DNA of 64,000 nucleotides from Candidatus Latescibacterota bacterium (GTDB lineage Bacteria; Latescibacterota; UBA2968; GCA-2709665): contig OZ241917.1 in the NCBI GenBank assembly GCA_965203805.1, positions 3,616,001 to 3,680,000 of the forward strand. The letters are read 5' to 3'. Below, piece after piece: positions 59,279 through 64,000 of the stretch. Under the pieces are notes generated by a model. That model did not search any database and was not told the DNA's origin. It was given only the letters and a program-made list of their open reading frames with translations. Each line of letters opens with the position of its first letter. The first letter of the stretch is position 1. The position numbers were made by a program, and so were the translations under genes.

Positions 59279-60211
59279 TCAGGGGCAGGATGTTTCAATC
59301 AGCTTCTCGTCAACCGCATCGGCCACGGCTTCGATGAACGTGGGATCGCTATTCATGGACGCAATACGCCTCACGTCGACCCCCCGCGGTCTCGCGATCT
59401 CCTGAAGGCCGATATCGATATCGTACAGAATCTCCACGTGGTCGCATACGAATCCGATGGGCGCCACGAGCACCTGCCGGTATCCCTGATCGGCAAGGTC
59501 CGGGATCACGTCCTCGATCTGAGGGCCCAGCCACGGTTCTCCCGTATGAGCGGCGCTCTGATAGGAAAACATCCAGTCCACGCCTCCAAGGCGTTCCGCC
59601 ACCGCGTTCGCATTTCCCATCAGTTCGTCGTCGTAGGGATCGCCCATCTTCAGCAGGCGCGCCGGGAGGCTGTGCGCCGTAAAAACGACCTTCACCGCAT
59701 TCAGCTGCGTCCCGGAGAACGACGCCAGGCCCGCGCGAACGTGTGCGACCTGGGCATCCAGCAACGCCGGTTGCTTCCACCAGGAATTCACGAACGAGAA
59801 CCGTATCCGGCTACCCGCCGTCTTCGCGGCCGCATCGACCGCCTCCCGGTACCGTCCGATGCTCAGGCGGGAGTAGTGCGGGGCCATGACAATGGCCACC
59901 CCCTCCTCCACGCCATCCTCACTCATCCGGCGCACCGTGTCCCCAATCCGGGGGGACCAGTGCCGCATGCCCACGTAAACGCGCACATCACGCCCGCGAG
60001 CACCCAACGTCCGCTCGGCGCACGCCGCCTGTTCAAAGGTGTTTTCGTTGAGCGGCGACCTGCCGCCGATCTGCGCGTACCGACGCCTGAATTCCTCCAC
60101 GAATTCGCGGGACATCGGCCGCCCGCCCCGGATATCGTCCAGGTAAGCCTCCATGTCGTCCAGGGAATCCGGACTGCCGTAGGCGAGCATCAGCACCGCT
60201 TTTTTTGCCAT
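59279..60211 (-). CDS. hemH: Ferrochelatase (coproporphyrin-type-like)
   Basis: LMLAYGSP, GGRSPL, FTAHSLP, WLGP, GFVCDHVEILYDID. Confidence 0.95.
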   Translation of the reverse strand: MAKKAVLMLAYGSPDSLDDMEAYLDDIRGGRPMSREFVEEFRRRYAQIGGRSPLNENTFEQAACAERTLGARGRDVRVYVGMRHWSPRIGDTVRRMSEDGVEEGVAIVMAPHYSRLSIGRYREAVDAAAKTAGSRIRFSFVNSWWKQPALLDAQVAHVRAGLASFSGTQLNAVKVVFTAHSLPARLLKMGDPYDDELMGNANAVAERLGGVDWMFSYQSAAHTGEPWLGPQIEDVIPDLADQGYRQVLVAPIGFVCDHVEILYDIDIGLQEIARPRGVDVRRIASMNSDPTFIEAVADAVDEKLIETSCP

Positions 60212-60217
60212 TGTCAG

Positions 60218-61249
60218 CTATCCGTACGCGTGCACGAAGTCGACCAGCGCGGCCACGTGCTCGACCGGCGTGTGTTGCAGGATGCCGTGGCCGAGGTTGA
60301 AAATATGACCAGGCCGCCCCCGGACGCTGTCCAGGATCCGGGCGGCCTGCATCTCGATCACCGGGACCGGCGCGAACAGCACCGCCGGATCCAGATTCCC
60401 CTGCACGGCCACGTCCTCTCCCAACCGGTCCCATGCTTCGTTCAGTTCAATGCGCCAGTCCACCCCGATTACGTCGCCGCCCGCGCGCTTCAGGAGCGGC
60501 AGCATACCAGATGTTCCCGTTCCGAAATGGATCACCGGCACGTCGCACGTGTCGGCGACCGTCTGTATCGCCCGCCGTGTGTGCGGCAGAACGTATTCCG
60601 CGTAATCCGCGGGGCTCAACGCGCCCGCCCAACTGTCGAACAGTTGCAGCGCCTGCGCCCCGGCCGCGGCCTGAACCCGAAGATAGTCTCCAACGGCGGC
60701 GGACATCTTTTCCATCAGGCGCCGCCATGTCTCCGGGTGCTCGTACATGAGGGCCTTTGCAATCCGGTAGTCGCGCGAAGCGCCGCCTTCCACCGCGTAA
60801 CAGACGAGCGTGAACGGCGCGCCGGAAAACCCGATCAGCGGAACCCTTTCGTCCAGCGCGCGGCGCACCTCGCGAATGGCCGCCGCGGCGAAGTCCATGG
60901 TGTCTGCCGCGGGACGAACGGTGAGGGCTTCCACGTCCGCAGCCGTCCGGACCGGGTTGTGGATCACGGGACCCGCCCCCCCGATGTACTCCAGTTCCAG
61001 GCCCATCGGCTCCAGGAGCGGCAGAATATCCTGGAAGATAATGGCCGCGTCCACGTTAAACGCATTCACGGGCTGCAACGTGATCTTGGTGGCGATTTCA
61101 GGCGTCTTCACCATCTCAAGAAAGGCGTGCCGTTCCTTCAACTTCCGGTATTCGGGCATGTAGCGGCCGGCCTGGCGCATCAGCCAGACGGGCGTCGCGT
61201 CCACCGCCTCGCGGCGGCATGCTTTCAGGAAACGGTCGGCTCGGGACAT
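60218..61249 (-). CDS. hemE: Uroporphyrinogen decarboxylase
   Basis: [39 protein letters not shown]. Confidence 0.97.
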   Translation of the reverse strand: MSRADRFLKACRREAVDATPVWLMRQAGRYMPEYRKLKERHAFLEMVKTPEIATKITLQPVNAFNVDAAIIFQDILPLLEPMGLELEYIGGAGPVIHNPVRTAADVEALTVRPAADTMDFAAAAIREVRRALDERVPLIGFSGAPFTLVCYAVEGGASRDYRIAKALMYEHPETWRRLMEKMSAAVGDYLRVQAAAGAQALQLFDSWAGALSPADYAEYVLPHTRRAIQTVADTCDVPVIHFGTGTSGMLPLLKRAGGDVIGVDWRIELNEAWDRLGEDVAVQGNLDPAVLFAPVPVIEMQAARILDSVRGRPGHIFNLGHGILQHTPVEHVAALVDFVHAYG

Positions 61250-61405
61250 AGGCAGGGGATCGCGTCAGGATTCGTTTTGCAGCCCGACAGCGGACAATTG
61301 TAGCGAGACAAGGACAACAGTGGCGAGGGATTCCTGATTGCGCGGTTGAAAAGGGGTCGCGGTCCTCTTGCCGCTCCCGTCTCCCCGTTTCCGGATTCAA
61401 ACAAA

Positions 61406-61433
61406 GCAGGGGCACGACGTTCCGTGCCCCTGC
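61406..61433. repeat. REP-like palindrome downstream of clpP
   Basis: GCAGGGGCACG-acgttc-CGTGCCCCTGC. Confidence 0.65.
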
Positions 61434-61457
61434 CGAATCGCAAAGCCCAGCCCGCTG

Positions 61458-62075
61458 CTACGCATCAAGGTCGTTGAAGTGTGTAACCACCTTGCTGATC
61501 AGACCGTATTTTACCGCTTCCTGTGCGGACATCCAGTAGTCCCGGTCCGTATCTTCCACGACTTTGTCCAGCGGCTGGCCGGTCTCCTGTGCATACAGTT
61601 CGTTGATCCGCTCGCGAAGGATGAGAATCTGTTCCGCCGTGCGTTTGACGTCTTCCGCGGTGCCCACCATCCGCATGGAGGGCTGATGGATCATGATTCG
61701 CGCGTTCGGCAGGGCGAACCGGTTCCCTTTTTCCGCGGCCAGCATGATCACCGTGGCCGCGCTGGCGGACAACCCCACGCTGACGATTCTCACCGGCGGG
61801 CGAATGAAGCGAATCAGGTCGTATATGGCGAAGCCGTCGTCCGCGCTGCCCCCCGGCGAGTTGATCAGAATCGTAATCGGTTTTTCCGGATCGTCGCTGT
61901 CCATCAGCAACAACTGGGCGATCACCCGCGTTGTCAGCTTGTGGTCGATCGGATCGGATATCAGAATGGTGCGCGCCTTGATCAGGCTCCTGACGACGAA
62001 CTCGCCCTGACCCCCGGGCTGCGCTTCCTCTTCTTCTTCCTCCGCCGGATCTTCGTTCAACAGGTACTCGTGCAT
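61458..62075 (-). CDS. clpP: ATP-dependent Clp protease proteolytic subunit
   Basis: INSPGG, GLSASAA (Ser), IMIHQP (His), DRDYWM (Asp). GAGG RBS before ATG 62075. Confidence 0.95.
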   Translation of the reverse strand: MHEYLLNEDPAEEEEEEAQPGGQGEFVVRSLIKARTILISDPIDHKLTTRVIAQLLLMDSDDPEKPITILINSPGGSADDGFAIYDLIRFIRPPVRIVSVGLSASAATVIMLAAEKGNRFALPNARIMIHQPSMRMVGTAEDVKRTAEQILILRERINELYAQETGQPLDKVVEDTDRDYWMSAQEAVKYGLISKVVTHFNDLDA

Positions 62076-62100
62076 CGCAACCTCTTCTTCCCACAAATCA

Positions 62101-62144
62101 TCATGATTCGTCGTTTTTCGGGTACCTTAATTCGAATATACGCA
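62101..62144 (+). mobile_element. Left-end remnant of the 191-bp MITE
   Basis: 35/44 ungapped identity by hand to the element's 5' end (TGATTCGTC...TTAATTCGAA). Confidence 0.6.
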
Positions 62145-62172
62145 CCGGTTTGCCCACCATTCAGGCCCGCTC

Positions 62173-62201
62173 AATTTATCCTATCACCCCGGCATTGTCA
62201 A
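62173..62201 (-). promoter_or_regulatory. sigma70-type promoter of clpP
   Basis: TTGACA-17 bp-TAAATT. Confidence 0.7.
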
Positions 62202-62267
62202 GGCCATTCCCCTGAATTGAACGCCTGCGCGAATGGCGCGCGAGAACGCGGGCGCTTCCCCCGGAGC

Positions 62268-63527
62268 TCAGCTTTCCGACATCGCCGCGCTGAGAATCCG
62301 TGAGGTGCCGGGCCGCATGATGCGCGGGTCCACCGCCTCCCCCTTCAGCAGCATCTCCCGCACCTGTTTTCCTGAGATGAACACGGGCTGCTCGTCCGGA
62401 TGGCTTTCCATCAGGTCCACCCGTCCCAGCGATTCGTAGAACGCGGCGAAACCCACGTTCAGGGGGCGGATCTCCAGGTTTCCGTTCAGGCGGTCGAACA
62501 CCTCCTGCGCGTCGAAATCTCCCCAGATGGGGCTGCCGTCGTGATAGGGCGCATCGGCGTGTTTGCGACCGATGATGATGTCGGTGAAGCCGAAGTTCTG
62601 GCGGTAGATCGCGTGCATCACCGCCTCTTTCGGGCCTGCGTAGAACATCTTGATATCCAGGCCGATGAGAATCACCCGGTCGGGCACGGCCTCGCCCCTG
62701 GGTTCCCACAATCCGGCATCGCTGTCCCCCTCCCCCAGACCGCGGGACTCGATCAGCGCCTCGTAGGTCCGCATCCGGATTTCCGCGTTGACGTCGTCGG
62801 ATTTGGTTTCTCCCACCAAGGGGTTCAGACATGCCCCGGCGTCGATCCCTTTCCGAATCAGGGTTTCCAGTCCGTGGACCAGGGCGTACTCGTGAGCCCG
62901 GTGCAGCGGGTTGCGGGTCTGAAACGCGACCACCCGACGCCAGCCCGTTTCGGAGAGGAGACGACGGACCTCCGCCGGCGTGTGCATATATCGCCCGAAC
63001 GCGGGATGCTTCGGTTGCGGCAAACCCCTGATCGTGCCGCCCAGAAGGTGGGTCTTGTCCGCATCTCCGTTCAGAACCATATCCGCGCCGGGATGGTCGG
63101 TCCGTTCCGTGAGGTAGACGCTTTTCAGATACGCGTGCTTGTCCCAGGGGAAGACGTCGCTGATCTCGAGAGTACCCGCAAGCTCGCCGTCCGGCCGCTC
63201 AAGGGCAACCGTCTGCCCCGCCTCCAGCTGACCGGCCAGGTCGCTCGAAACCGGAAGCGCCAGGGGAATGGTCCACGCGTACAGCTTCCCGCCGGAATCG
63301 ATGACACATTCGTCGAGCACTCTGTGATACGTCTCCGCGTCCATCGGACCGGTGAGCGGACTCAGCCCGCCGTCTCCGAAACGGTAGACCGTGGACAGAT
63401 CGGCCTCGCTGACCGGAACGCGTGTCAGCTTCGACGCGTTCTCGCGAAAATCGTCCTGCTCGTCGTCCGGAACCATGCGGCAAACCGGCGCCGGCAGCCC
63501 CCCATGCGGCGGTATCAGATCGGACAT
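62268..63527 (-). CDS. sat: Sulfate adenylyltransferase (ATP sulfurylase)
   Basis: [43 protein letters not shown]. Confidence 0.94.
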   Translation of the reverse strand: MSDLIPPHGGLPAPVCRMVPDDEQDDFRENASKLTRVPVSEADLSTVYRFGDGGLSPLTGPMDAETYHRVLDECVIDSGGKLYAWTIPLALPVSSDLAGQLEAGQTVALERPDGELAGTLEISDVFPWDKHAYLKSVYLTERTDHPGADMVLNGDADKTHLLGGTIRGLPQPKHPAFGRYMHTPAEVRRLLSETGWRRVVAFQTRNPLHRAHEYALVHGLETLIRKGIDAGACLNPLVGETKSDDVNAEIRMRTYEALIESRGLGEGDSDAGLWEPRGEAVPDRVILIGLDIKMFYAGPKEAVMHAIYRQNFGFTDIIIGRKHADAPYHDGSPIWGDFDAQEVFDRLNGNLEIRPLNVGFAAFYESLGRVDLMESHPDEQPVFISGKQVREMLLKGEAVDPRIMRPGTSRILSAAMSES

Positions 63528-63640
63528 AGGCGAGACAATCCTCCAAATGGCAAAAGTTCCAGGTTCATCATTCAGCCCCGGCGTTCACGGCAATGTGCGG
63601 TCATACGTGCGCACACACTCTAAGGAAGGCAATATGAAGA

Positions 63641-63855
63641 TGGGGCGGACATTCCTGTCTGCCGTCTCACCAACCTTCTGCAGGAAGGGAGACGACAGTA
63701 ACGCTTCCGTCGCGAAATCATCCAGCAAATGCGTGCGCCACTCGCGTGCTTGGACCCTCGGAAAGCCGGTTTGAGGGTGGGGCAGACATTCCTGTCTGCC
63801 AGCCTTTCCCAGCACCGCTCCCTGAGCCTGCGGTGCCCTGAGCTTGTCGAAGGGT
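63641..63855. repeat. REP-like repeats: two direct copies of TGGGGC(G/A)GACATTCCTGTCTGCC plus CCCTGAGCTTGTCGAAGGG
   Basis: Copies at 63641-63663 and 63778-63800. Confidence 0.75.
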
Positions 63856-64000
63856 CGGTGCGGGACCCACCGAATCAGAAAGCGGTAAATATACCGTAAA
63901 ACCCATCGCAGGGCAAAAAAGATGCGCCGAAAATGGGCGAGAGAAAGCTGTTTGCCGAGCGGTTTCTATCGATATCTGTGCATCGGAAGGTACAATTTAA

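Noticed and set aside
63905-64000. CAGGGC-starting sequence at the window end as an IS terminus
   Set aside because: The match is too short, and any partner end or transposase would lie outside the window.

Overview
High-GC diderm bacterial chromosome segment spanning the replication origin. A SusC/SusD pair and alpha-2-macroglobulin suggest an FCB-group-like organism, but this is a weak inference. The origin cluster is gyrA-gyrB-dciA-recF-dnaN-[oriC]-dnaA on the minus strand, facing rpmH-rnpA-yidC-mnmE-rsmG on the plus strand, with two perfect parS sites nearby. The left arm is housekeeping: larE (partial), an ATP-grasp-like ligase, ctpA, tmk, argF, nrnA, a methyltransferase, an S4 protein, surA, mfd, tRNA-Asp and hom. 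The right arm has mce, susD/susC, a mutase, FAH, a CDP-alcohol phosphotransferase, a HAD hydrolase, an Ntn acylase, a cupin, an LLM monooxygenase, A2M-pbpC, a GT2, serS, hemY-hemH-hemE, clpP and sat. The most unusual observations are: (1) a methylmalonyl-CoA mutase catalytic subunit fused to an N-terminal XRE-type HTH; (2) a susCD cassette inside the mcm-mce operon, bracketed by a duplicated mcm-3'/mce-start junction, with susC apparently using the duplicated mce start codon; (3) a 191-bp MITE with terminal inverted repeats and a CTAA target duplication, found beside oriC and at the susC stop codon; (4) a second DnaA-box cluster about 15.5 kb from oriC; (5) an unlisted 56-aa ORF with a sigma54-type promoter and its own terminator; (6) a GyrA C-gate-like helical insertion in the S41 protease; (7) several nested palindromic repeat families. 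All alignments and counts were done by eye. No CRISPR array, transposase or integrase was seen.
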